NCBI GenBank assembly: GCA_966252445.1
Contig: CBINPH010000001.1
Location: forward strand, 1-42,652
Length of the DNA stretch: 42,652 nt
Direction: 5' to 3'
From: an uncultured Chitinophagaceae bacterium
GTDB lineage: Bacteria > Bacteroidota > Bacteroidia > Chitinophagales > Chitinophagaceae
In this document: piece after piece, positions 17,212 through 25,289 of the stretch
Layout of the letters: the number at the start of each line of letters is the position of its first letter
How positions within the stretch are numbered: position 1 is the first letter of the stretch
The notes under the pieces: generated by a model
Seen by the model: only the letters and a program-made list of their open reading frames with translations
Databases searched by the model: none
What the model was told of the DNA's origin: nothing
Position numbers and translations under genes: made by a program

Positions 17212-19059
17212 TCAGAGCAGTTCCCGGATGGCGGTCACCAGTTCTTCCTTGGTGACGGGTACCCCCATGATCTTGTGATAGCCTTTCGCATCCACGAGGA
17301 ACGCATCGCGGATGATGCGGATCAGCTGCCCGTTGTTGATCTCGGGGATGAGCACCCGGTCAAAGCCGCGCAGCAGCTCGCCCAGGTTGCGGGGGAAAGG
17401 GCGCAGGTAGCGCAGGTGGGCATGGGCGACGGGCTGGCCCTCGGCCTGCAGCTGCTGCACGGCGCTTTTGATGGCGCCGTAGGTGGAGCCCCATCCCAGC
17501 ACCAGCACCTTGCCGCCTTCCTCGCCGCTGTCCAGGGTCTGCAGGGGGATGTCCTCAGCCACCTTGTCGACCTTCTCCTGGCGGATCTTGACCATCAGCT
17601 GGTGGTTTTCCGGGTCGTAGCTGACATTGCCCGTGACGTTTTGTTTCTCCAGCCCGCCGATGCGGTGCTCCAGGCCCGCCGTGCCGGGCACGGCCCAGGG
17701 GCGCACCAGGCGCTCGTCGCGCTGGTAAGGCATAAAGGCCTCTTCGTCTTCCGTGGGCGAGGCCTTGAACCGGACGCTGATCGCCGGAAGGTCGGCGCTG
17801 CGCGGGAAGCGCCAGGGCTCGGCGCCGTTGGCGATATAGCCGTCGCTGAGGAAAATGACGGGGGTCATGTGCTGCAGCGCGATCCGCAGGGCCTCGAAGA
17901 CGGCGGAAAAGCAGTCGGAAGGGGTGGAGGCGGCCACCACCGGCATGGGACATTCCCCGTTGCGGCCGTAATAGGCCTGCAGCAGGTCGGACTGCTCGGT
18001 TTTGGTGGGCAGCCCCGTGGAGGGCCCGCCCCGCTGGATGTCGATGATCAGCAGGGGCAGCTCCAGCATGACCGCCAGGCCCATGGCCTCGGCCTTCAGG
18101 GCCATGCCCGGGCCGGAAGTCGTCGTGATGCCGATATGCCCGCCATAGGAGGCGCCGATGGCCGCGGTGATCCCCGCGATCTCGTCCTCCGCCTGGAAGG
18201 TGCGTATGCCGAAGTTCTTGTGCTTGCTCAGCTCATGGAGGATGTCGGAGGCCGGCGTGATGGGATAGGTGCCGAGGAACAGGGGCAGGGCGGCTTTCTG
18301 GGACGCCGCGATCAGCCCGTAGGCCAGGGCGGTGTTGCCCGTGATGCTGCGGTAGGTGCCGGGCTCCATGCGGGCCTTGCCCACCCGGTAGCGGGTGCGG
18401 AAGGTCTCCGTGGTCTCCCCGAAATGATATCCCGCCTTCAGCACCTTCATGTTGCTTTCCATGACCTCCGGGGCCTTGGCGAACTTCTCCTTCAGGAAGG
18501 TCAACGTGTTGTCCATCTGGCGGTCATACATCCAGTACAGGAAGCCCAGGACGAACATGTTCTTGGCCCGGTCCTTTTCCTTGGTGCCCAGGGAGCTGTC
18601 CTGGAGCACCTCCCGCGTCATGCGGGTGACGTCCATTTTGTAGACGGTATAGTTGTCCAGGGTGCCGTTCTCCAGGGGGTTGTCCCCGTCCGGGTAGTTG
18701 GCCAGCCGGAGGTTTTTCACGTCGAAGCCGTCCGTGTTGGCGATCACGATGCCGCCTTTCTTCAGCGATTTCAGGTTGGTCTTGAGGGCGGCGGCGTTCA
18801 TGGCCACCAGCACGTCGCAATGGTCTCCCGGGGTGAACACCCGGCGGCTGGAAAAATGCAGCTGGAAGCCGCTGACCCCGGGCAGGGTGCCTTGCGGCGC
18901 CCGGATCTCCGCCGGAAAATCCGGGAAGGTGGTCAGGTCGTTGCCTATCAGGGCCGTATTGTTGGTAAACTGGGTTCCGGTGAGTTGCATGCCGTCGCCG
19001 CTGTCGCCGGCAAATTTGATCACTACATCGTCAACCTCCTGCAGGATATGCTCGCTCAT
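17212..19059 (-). CDS. korA: 2-oxoacid:ferredoxin (acceptor) oxidoreductase, alpha subunit
   Basis: 615 aa. Matching segments include VIKFAGDSGDGMQLTGTQF, GTYPITPASDILHEL, ITTTSGPGMALKAEAMG and IIDIQRGGPSTGLPTKTEQSDL. Confidence 0.9.
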   Translation of the reverse strand: MSEHILQEVDDVVIKFAGDSGDGMQLTGTQFTNNTALIGNDLTTFPDFPAEIRAPQGTLPGVSGFQLHFSSRRVFTPGDHCDVLVAMNAAALKTNLKSLKKGGIVIANTDGFDVKNLRLANYPDGDNPLENGTLDNYTVYKMDVTRMTREVLQDSSLGTKEKDRAKNMFVLGFLYWMYDRQMDNTLTFLKEKFAKAPEVMESNMKVLKAGYHFGETTETFRTRYRVGKARMEPGTYRSITGNTALAYGLIAASQKAALPLFLGTYPITPASDILHELSKHKNFGIRTFQAEDEIAGITAAIGASYGGHIGITTTSGPGMALKAEAMGLAVMLELPLLIIDIQRGGPSTGLPTKTEQSDLLQAYYGRNGECPMPVVAASTPSDCFSAVFEALRIALQHMTPVIFLSDGYIANGAEPWRFPRSADLPAISVRFKASPTEDEEAFMPYQRDERLVRPWAVPGTAGLEHRIGGLEKQNVTGNVSYDPENHQLMVKIRQEKVDKVAEDIPLQTLDSGEEGGKVLVLGWGSTYGAIKSAVQQLQAEGQPVAHAHLRYLRPFPRNLGELLRGFDRVLIPEINNGQLIRIIRDAFLVDAKGYHKIMGVPVTKEELVTAIRELL

Positions 19060-19096
19060 GGCGCTGGGGTGATTACCCCCGTGTTTTGTTGAGCCA

Positions 19097-19104
19097 CAAA
19101 GTTA
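19097..19104 (-). promoter_or_regulatory. Exact -7 box TAACTTTG for korA
   Basis: The reverse complement of caaagtta matches TAnnTTTG. It lies 38 nt upstream of the korA ATG (19059). Confidence 0.4.
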
Positions 19105-19189
19105 ATCATTAAACCGCTCACCTGGGCCACCCCCCGGACGTCATATTTTCGTCATATCCGCGCTGCCCGCGAATTCCGCAATTTTCGGG

Positions 19190-20086
19190 TTGATGGCGCC
19201 GGCCTGCGGGCCTACCTTTGTCCGCATGAACCCGAAAGCCGCTGAAGGGGCCCTGGTGCCCCCGGATACCTTCCACCGCATCGCGGAGGCCATTGCTTAC
19301 CTGCGGGCCCATTTCCAGGCCCAGCCTACCCTGGAGGAACTGGCCCGCCAGGCCCATCTCAGCCCCTATCATTTCCAGCGCCTGTTCAGCGACTGGGCCG
19401 GCGTGAGCCCCAAAAAATTCCTGCAGTACCTGAGCCTGGACCATGCCAAGCGCCTGCTGCAGGGGCAGGCCACCCTGGCTGACGCGGCCCTCGAGACGGG
19501 GCTCTCCGGCACCGGCCGCCTGCATGACCTGTTTGTCCGCATCGAGGCCATGACGCCGGGGGAATACAAGGCCGGCGGCCGTTCGCTGCACATCCGCTAT
19601 GGTTTCGGAGACAGCCCCTTCGGGCGTCTGCTGCTGGCCTCCACGCCCCGCGGCATCTGCCATCTCTCTTTCGCCGACGACGAGGGGCAGGCCCTGGAGG
19701 CCCTCCGCGCCGCCTTTCCGCGGGCCGCCTGGCGCCGGGAAGACGACGGGCACCAGCAGGAGGCCCTGGCTTTTTTCCGCCAGGACTGGAGCCGCCTGTC
19801 CGAGATCCGGCTGCATCTGCGGGGCACCCCCTTCCAGCTCAAGGTGTGGGAGACCCTGCTGCGCATCCCCCCGGGCGGGCTGGACACCTATGGACGCCTG
19901 GCGCAGCGCCTGGGGACGCCCCGCGCCGCCAGGGCCGTGGGCAGCGCCGTGGGCGACAACCCCGTGGCTTTCCTCATCCCCTGCCACCGGGTGATCCGCG
20001 CCGACGGCAGCTTCGGCGAATACCGCTGGGGCAGCGCCCGCAAGGCCGCCATGATCGGCTGGGAGGCGGCCCGCCACCAGGGTTAA
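19190..20086 (+). CDS. AraC-type HTH fused to methylated-DNA-[protein]-cysteine S-methyltransferase (Ada/Ogt-like)
   Basis: 298 aa. The AraC HTH is LEELARQAHLSPYHFQRLFSDWAGVSPKKFLQYLSLDHAKRLL. The MGMT domain has TPFQLKVWETLLRIPPGG and the active site LIPCHRVIRADGS. No N-terminal Cys4 zinc motif is visible. An alternative start is ATG 19226. Confidence 0.88.
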   Translation: MMAPACGPTFVRMNPKAAEGALVPPDTFHRIAEAIAYLRAHFQAQPTLEELARQAHLSPYHFQRLFSDWAGVSPKKFLQYLSLDHAKRLLQGQATLADAALETGLSGTGRLHDLFVRIEAMTPGEYKAGGRSLHIRYGFGDSPFGRLLLASTPRGICHLSFADDEGQALEALRAAFPRAAWRREDDGHQQEALAFFRQDWSRLSEIRLHLRGTPFQLKVWETLLRIPPGGLDTYGRLAQRLGTPRAARAVGSAVGDNPVAFLIPCHRVIRADGSFGEYRWGSARKAAMIGWEAARHQG

Positions 20087-22962
20087 AAGATGAAGAAAGG
20101 TCCCTGCCGCTGGGCCTTTTTCTTTTCGCCCGCCTTCCGCAGGTTGTAGATCAGCTTCAACATGACATACCGCTGCAGGATAACGGTCTGCCGGTCCTCT
20201 ATGTAGGTATCGGTGACCTCCCGCTGGACGCTGATGTTCTGGTCCAGCAGGTCGTAGACGGAGAGCTGCAGGGTGGCCCTCCTGTCGCGGAAGATGTCCA
20301 GGCCCAGGGAGGCGTTCCAGAGCAGGTATCCCTGCCGGTACCCGGGCGCCACGTCGCTGTTGTGCGTGTAGGTCAGGTCGCTGCTCCAGGTGAGGCGCCC
20401 CGGCCAGTAGAGGCTGCCGGAGATCCCGGCCTGGTATTGGGTGCTGCGCCGGGTGTCCAGCGCCTCGATATTGTAGCGGTTGATCCGGTAGTTGAGCAGG
20501 TAGAAGGGCGTCAGTTCGAAGAGCTCACCGTAGCCGTAGGTCAGCGAGGGACGCAGGAACAGGGAGGTGCTCCTGCTGGTATAGGGCACCCCGTTCACGA
20601 AGGCATGGTTGTCGGAGAAATTGGCGAAGCTGCCCAGCCCCAGCTGCCAGTGCTGGCTGGCCGTGCTTCGCGTCTTGCTGAGATTCAGGGAGAGCCGCAG
20701 CCCGTCATTGCCGTCCACGTTGGTGTAGGTGGTGCGCTGGCGGAGCTCTTCGTCGTAGCTGGTGACGCTGGCGATGTCGTCCTTGGTGGCGTAGTATTCC
20801 ACCCTGGCCGAAAGGTTGTTCCCCGATTTGAAGTCGAACCGCTGGTAGCTCAGCTCCGCGGAGCGGTAGACCGAAGGTTTGAGGGCGGGGTTGCCCACCA
20901 CAACGTACAGGGGATTTGTGTTGTCAGCCACGGGGAGCAACTGGCTGATGTCGGGCTGCTGCACCGTCGAGCGGTACCCGAGGCGGAGGTAAGCTTTCCC
21001 CGGCAGCTCCCTGGACAGCGAGAAGTTCGGGGAAATGAAAAAGCGGTCCTTGTCGTAATGGATATCGTGGGTGTAGGAATAATGGTGCAGCCCGACGACA
21101 TTGAAGTCCGCCGAGGCGTTCATGCGCCAGCGCCCGGAATCGGCCTCCATGTCCAGGCCCAGCTGGGGTGCCTGGGTGAGGGTGCTGCTCCGGAAGCGGT
21201 TGGAGTAGGCCGAGTCCGGCGTGCTGTATTTCCCGCTGGCGGCGCTGTAGGCGAAGGTCTGTTTGTCCGTCAGTCCCTCCTGCCAGTCGAGCTGGTATTC
21301 GGCCATCAGGCGCAGGTTCGCCGAGAGGGGATGGCTGTAGCGCAGGCTGGCCCGGTAGGCGTTGCTGGTGGCGCTGTTGTCGATGTACTGGTTGACCGAG
21401 TCGTCCGTGCCCGTGCCCCCGTAGAACAGGTTGAGGTAGCGGTTGTAGTCGTCGCCCTGCAGCCAGCGGTTATCGGCCGAGAGGTTGAGGTTGAGGAACT
21501 GCCCTTTCTTCGCGAACTTGCGGTAGGCGCTGAGGGCGTTGCGCAGGCGCCGCGATTCCTGATCAGAAGCGTAGAGGCTGCTGCTCTCGTTGATCTTGTC
21601 CCCGCCGGCGCTGGTGGATACCGAGCGGATGCGGTCCGTACCCCTGGCCTCGGTCAGCTCGGCATAGGGCTCGTAATAGACCCGCCACAGGGAATCTTTG
21701 AAGTTCAGGGTGCCGCTCAGTCGGTGGCTGAGGTCGGTCTTTTCGCTGTAGCGCTCGCTGTTGTTGTAGAAGACCGAATCGGGCAGGATGTTTTGCCGGC
21801 TGCTTTTTGACTGGTTCTCCAGGTTCGTTTGGCCGTAGAAATAGCTCCCGTTCACGCCAAAGTGGCTGCCCAGGTCATCGCTGTAGCTGAGGCCCGCCGA
21901 ACGGCTGCGGCGCAGGCCTTCTCCGCCGCCGCCGAACTGCATGCCGTTGATGCCGAAGCTGCCGCTGTTCTTGTTGATCGAGATCATGCGCAATCCGCCG
22001 CCGCCGCCGCCGATCATGTTGACGGCTTCCCCGACGGTAAAGCCGATCTCGTTGATGTTGTTGGCCGCGCCCAGCAGGCTGATGCGGCGCTTCTCTCGGA
22101 AGTAGTTCAGCAGGGCGCTGGCGTCGTACCGTTTATCCGTGCCGTAGCCTGCATATGCCCTGCCGAAGACGCCGCGGTCCTTGCCCTTCTGCAGGGTGAC
22201 GTTGATGGTCTTGGTATCCCCCGAGGCGGGCAGCCCGCTGAGCTCTTCCTCCCGCGTCTTGGTATCGGTGACCTGCACCTTGTCGATGATCGCCGCCGGC
22301 AGGTTCTGCATGGCTATTTTGGGGTCGTTGCCGAAAAAGTCCTTGCCATCGACCATGATCCTGTCGACGGATTTTCCCCCCACGGTGATCTTGCCGTTGG
22401 CATCCACCAGCACGCCCGGCAGCTTCTTCAGCAACTCGGCCAGGGCGGAGTTGGGCCGGGTCTTGAAAGAGCCTGCGTTGAATTCTATGGTGTCCCCCCG
22501 GATGGCAATGGGCGGCCGCTCCCCGGTAATGGTGACTTCTCCCAGCGTGTTCGCCGCGGGGGCCAGCAGGATGGCGCCCAGGTCCAGGGTGTCTGCGCCC
22601 GCCCGGATGCTGCGCCCGTAGGGGCTGTACCCCGTATAGTAGACCATGAAGCTGAGCTTCCGCCCGGCGGGTACGGCCCGCAGCAGGAAGCCGCCCTGCT
22701 CGTCCGTGAGGGCATAGCTGACCAGGCTGCTGTCTTCAGGGTCCCGGATGTACACCGTGGCCAGGGCCAGGGGTTTTTTATCGGCCGAATCCAGCACCCG
22801 GCCCCGGAGCAGGGCCCCCTCTTCGGTCTCCGCGCCCGGGGGGCGTTCCATGCGGATGCGGAGCCCGCCGTCCGGCTGCGGAGGGGGGGGAGGCGGCCCG
22901 ATCTGGGCGGAGACGGAAGAGGCGGTCAGCAACAAGGCGGCCAGGCAGGTACGGGTCTTCAT
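20083..22962 (-). CDS. Outer-membrane beta-barrel family protein / TonB-dependent-receptor-like (CarboxypepD_reg-like + plug-like + barrel)
   Basis: 959 aa with signal peptide MKTRTCLAALLLTASSVSAQ. The CarboxypepD_reg-like segment is LRGRVLDSADKKPLALATVYIRD...GYSPYG. The plug-like segment is GEVTITGERPP...LLKKLPGVLVD...IMVDGKDFFGNDP. The long beta-rich remainder ends in aromatic residues (PFFIF). Confidence 0.85.
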   Translation of the reverse strand: MKTRTCLAALLLTASSVSAQIGPPPPPPQPDGGLRIRMERPPGAETEEGALLRGRVLDSADKKPLALATVYIRDPEDSSLVSYALTDEQGGFLLRAVPAGRKLSFMVYYTGYSPYGRSIRAGADTLDLGAILLAPAANTLGEVTITGERPPIAIRGDTIEFNAGSFKTRPNSALAELLKKLPGVLVDANGKITVGGKSVDRIMVDGKDFFGNDPKIAMQNLPAAIIDKVQVTDTKTREEELSGLPASGDTKTINVTLQKGKDRGVFGRAYAGYGTDKRYDASALLNYFREKRRISLLGAANNINEIGFTVGEAVNMIGGGGGGLRMISINKNSGSFGINGMQFGGGGEGLRRSRSAGLSYSDDLGSHFGVNGSYFYGQTNLENQSKSSRQNILPDSVFYNNSERYSEKTDLSHRLSGTLNFKDSLWRVYYEPYAELTEARGTDRIRSVSTSAGGDKINESSSLYASDQESRRLRNALSAYRKFAKKGQFLNLNLSADNRWLQGDDYNRYLNLFYGGTGTDDSVNQYIDNSATSNAYRASLRYSHPLSANLRLMAEYQLDWQEGLTDKQTFAYSAASGKYSTPDSAYSNRFRSSTLTQAPQLGLDMEADSGRWRMNASADFNVVGLHHYSYTHDIHYDKDRFFISPNFSLSRELPGKAYLRLGYRSTVQQPDISQLLPVADNTNPLYVVVGNPALKPSVYRSAELSYQRFDFKSGNNLSARVEYYATKDDIASVTSYDEELRQRTTYTNVDGNDGLRLSLNLSKTRSTASQHWQLGLGSFANFSDNHAFVNGVPYTSRSTSLFLRPSLTYGYGELFELTPFYLLNYRINRYNIEALDTRRSTQYQAGISGSLYWPGRLTWSSDLTYTHNSDVAPGYRQGYLLWNASLGLDIFRDRRATLQLSVYDLLDQNISVQREVTDTYIEDRQTVILQRYVMLKLIYNLRKAGEKKKAQRQGPFFIF
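21995..22012 (-). repeat. (CCG)6 trinucleotide repeat inside the OM-barrel gene, encoding Gly6
   Basis: The sequence is ccgccgccgccgccgccg on the + strand, flanked on both sides by atcatg. It is translated as MIGGGGGGLRMI. Confidence 0.9.
22883..22890 (-). repeat. G8 (C8 on the coding strand) homopolymer in codons 23-26 of the OM-barrel gene
   Basis: The sequence gaGGGGGGGGagg encodes part of IGPPPPPPQPDGG, immediately after the predicted signal-peptide cleavage site. Confidence 0.9.
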
Positions 22963-22978
22963 GGGTGTGCGTTTGATG

Positions 22979-22986
22979 CAAACCTA
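22979..22986 (-). promoter_or_regulatory. Exact -7 box TAGGTTTG for the OM-barrel gene
   Basis: The reverse complement of caaaccta matches TAnnTTTG. It lies 17 nt upstream of the ATG at 22962, inside the 65-nt AT-rich spacer after the protease gene. Confidence 0.4.
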
Positions 22987-23027
22987 CGGAAATTTCGTAA
23001 TAAAACGAAAATTTAGGAATTTGATGC

Positions 23028-23927
23028 TCAGGGGCGCAGCAAGTAAAGGGTCTTGCCCGGAAGGTCGATATAGAGGCGGAAGCGGGACCAGACCCCGGCG
23101 CCGATGGCGCCGGCGATCTGCCGGTCGGGGGCGCTGTCGTCCACCTGCGGGGCATAGAGGGCCTCGACCGCGTCCAGGCGCTCTTTCCCCAGCCAGAAGG
23201 CCGGTACCCGGCAGGCGGTATAGGTCACCGGCAGGAGCAGGTCGGGCCGCGTGACCTGGCCGCTGCGGGGCAGGGCCTCCGCCAGCCGGTGGGCGCGGAG
23301 GTAGCCGTCGTTGATGAGCAGGCCGAAGCGCCCGCCGCTGATGACATGCCATTCCCCCTGCAGGCTGTCGCCGCGCGCGCTCAGCAGGGTGGCCTGCACC
23401 AGGGGCGTCTTGTAGTTGAGGGACAGGGCCAGGCGCTGCCCCCCGGGCGGGTAACGGACATGACCTGGGCGGTAGAGGATCATTTTTTTACCCGCATAGT
23501 CCAGCTCCACCACGTAGCGCCGCAGCAGCTCGTAGCCGATGATGCCGTCCACCCTCAGGCCATCCACCCCGGCGCCGCCCAGGTCCTGGAGGTAGAAGGA
23601 GGGATAGGGGAGACTGGTGCCGCCCAGCTCCAGGCTCCGCGCCGAAGCCCGCGGCACCATCGTCATCTCGTTGCGCCAGCCGCTGATGCCGGCTTCGCCG
23701 CTGCTGTCCAGGCCCAGTCGCCGCCGGGCGGCCATCGAGAGCACATTGACCTCGCAGCCGCTGTCGAACAGGAAATGCAGGGTGTCGCGGCCATGGTCAA
23801 TGGTGACCGGGATCAGCAGCTGCCCCTGCGCTTCCCGCAGGTCCAGGGAGGCCGCCGGCGCCTGCGCATGCAGGGGCCCTGCAGCCAGGACGCAGCAAAA
23901 GACGGCGAGCGGGATTGGCCAGGTCAT
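23028..23927 (-). CDS. Secreted retropepsin-like (clan AA) aspartic protease family protein, two-lobed, no PDZ
   Basis: 299 aa with signal peptide MTWPIPLAVFCCVLAAGPLHAQA. The N-lobe has LHFLFDSGCEVNVLS (the D-S-G catalytic motif) and VDGIIGYELLRRY. The C-lobe has only WHVISGGRFGLLIN, where the catalytic Asp position is Ile, followed by IAGAIGAGVWSRF. Confidence 0.75.
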   Translation of the reverse strand: MTWPIPLAVFCCVLAAGPLHAQAPAASLDLREAQGQLLIPVTIDHGRDTLHFLFDSGCEVNVLSMAARRRLGLDSSGEAGISGWRNEMTMVPRASARSLELGGTSLPYPSFYLQDLGGAGVDGLRVDGIIGYELLRRYVVELDYAGKKMILYRPGHVRYPPGGQRLALSLNYKTPLVQATLLSARGDSLQGEWHVISGGRFGLLINDGYLRAHRLAEALPRSGQVTRPDLLLPVTYTACRVPAFWLGKERLDAVEALYAPQVDDSAPDRQIAGAIGAGVWSRFRLYIDLPGKTLYLLRP

Positions 23928-23939
23928 AGGCTTTAAACG

Positions 23940-25166
23940 CTATAAAATGCTTTTGATGGACAGTTTCATATCGAGCAGGGCGCCTTCCCGCATGACGATG
24001 ACCTGCACGCGGCTGCCGACGCTTTTCAGCAGTTCCCGGTATACCTGTATATCGTTGCTGAAGTTGCTGCCCACCGACACGATAATGTCGCCCGGCTTGA
24101 AACCGGCCCGCTCCGCCGGGGAGCCCGCCATGACGTCCGTCACGGTGACGTGGCCGTCGATGAAATACATCACCAGCCCGGTGTAGGAATAGTCGAAGCG
24201 GTCGGTAAAATGCGTATTGGGTATGATGTAGATCTGCTTGTCCGGGTAATTGAGCGTCACGTTGAAGCGCCGCAGCAGGTCGTTGCCGACCAGGCCGCCC
24301 AGGTACGGGTAGTAGGTGACGTTGGACAGGTCATCGAACAGGTAGGTGGGCACGTTGCGGAAGCGGTAGCTGCCTACCTGCAGCTCCTGGACGGCGGTGA
24401 GCGTCATCACCGTCTTGCCCAGCAGCCCCTGGGCCTCCGTCTGGATGAACTTGTGCCGCCGCTGCCTCGGTTCGCAGAACAGGCAGCTGTCCTGCACGAA
24501 ACGGTTGGACAGCATGAGGCAGAGCCCGGCCCCTATGTCGAAATAGTACCGGGTTTGGTAGCGCGACTGGTTTTTCAGCGGGGCGGGAATCGTGGGGATG
24601 TAATGCAGGGCCGGGTTGAGCAGCTCGCCGCCCCGTTCGTAGACGTAACGGCCCGGCGAATACACGAACAGCTTCATGGAATCGTAGTCGATCCGCACGA
24701 TATAACGGGCCAGGAAGCTGTACCCGATGATGCCGTCGATCCATACGCCGTATACCGAGCTGATGAACTGGTAGTCGTTGATGTGAAAGTCCAGGCTGTC
24801 GGTCTGCAGGCCCGGCAGCTTCAGGGTGTTGCCCCTGGCAAAGCTGAGCGGCCTGGTGCCGCCGATGCCGTTGATGACCTTGTCGGAGGGCGTCACGGCC
24901 AGGCCCATCCGCGCACAGGTCGTGGAGTCCAGGGAAATGCCCCCGCTGCCCGTGTCCAGGATGAAATGCAGGCTGTCCGGGAAATCGTTCACCCGCCCCC
25001 TGATGACCAGCACGCCGCCGGTGTATTGCTGGAAGGGGATGGTGGCCAGGAGCCGGGCGGGAGGCGCTCCGGGGGAGGCGACCAGGTCCTGCTGGCGTCC
25101 GCCGCGGGTAAGGGCGCAGCTGCAGCAACAGGCCAGCAGGAGGATATGTAGCGTCAGGTTGCGCAA
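23940..25166 (-). CDS. Secreted retropepsin-like aspartic protease (two lobes) with a C-terminal PDZ domain
   Basis: 408 aa with N-terminal signal MRNLTLHILLLACCCSCALT. The N-lobe has LHFILDTGSGGISLD (DTG) and IDGIIGYSFLARY. The C-lobe has YYFDIGAGLCLML (D-I-G) and LGGLVGNDLLRRF. The PDZ domain is VTDVMAGSPAERAGFKPGDIIVSVGS. Confidence 0.8.
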   Translation of the reverse strand: MRNLTLHILLLACCCSCALTRGGRQQDLVASPGAPPARLLATIPFQQYTGGVLVIRGRVNDFPDSLHFILDTGSGGISLDSTTCARMGLAVTPSDKVINGIGGTRPLSFARGNTLKLPGLQTDSLDFHINDYQFISSVYGVWIDGIIGYSFLARYIVRIDYDSMKLFVYSPGRYVYERGGELLNPALHYIPTIPAPLKNQSRYQTRYYFDIGAGLCLMLSNRFVQDSCLFCEPRQRRHKFIQTEAQGLLGKTVMTLTAVQELQVGSYRFRNVPTYLFDDLSNVTYYPYLGGLVGNDLLRRFNVTLNYPDKQIYIIPNTHFTDRFDYSYTGLVMYFIDGHVTVTDVMAGSPAERAGFKPGDIIVSVGSNFSNDIQVYRELLKSVGSRVQVIVMREGALLDMKLSIKSIL

Positions 25167-25245
25167 GGCGGCGGCTTGGATGATTGCGTTTCCGGCAGGC
25201 CCAATTTACGATAATTTGGGCGGCCGGCCGTTGGCCCAAAAGCCT

Positions 25246-25253
25246 TACATTTG
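25246..25253 (+). promoter_or_regulatory. Exact -7 box TACATTTG for the radical-SAM (mqnC-like) gene
   Basis: TACATTTG matches TAnnTTTG and lies 37 nt before the ATG at 25290. It overlaps the upstream ATG (25251) used by the track ORF, which argues against that start. Confidence 0.4.
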
Positions 25254-25289
25254 CCGCACGCAACGAAGGGACCGCAATACCAAGAACAG

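Noticed and set aside
25251-25289. The upstream ATG starts used by the ORF track for the mqnC-like gene (25251), the first M1 peptidase (26427), the enoyl-CoA hydratase (11227), the 4-TM protein (34979) and the lipase (34156).
   Set aside because: The extensions add non-conserved, often Arg/Pro-rich leaders. They either overlap a promoter box (25246-25253) or precede an internal Met that yields a canonical signal peptide or a conserved N-terminus.
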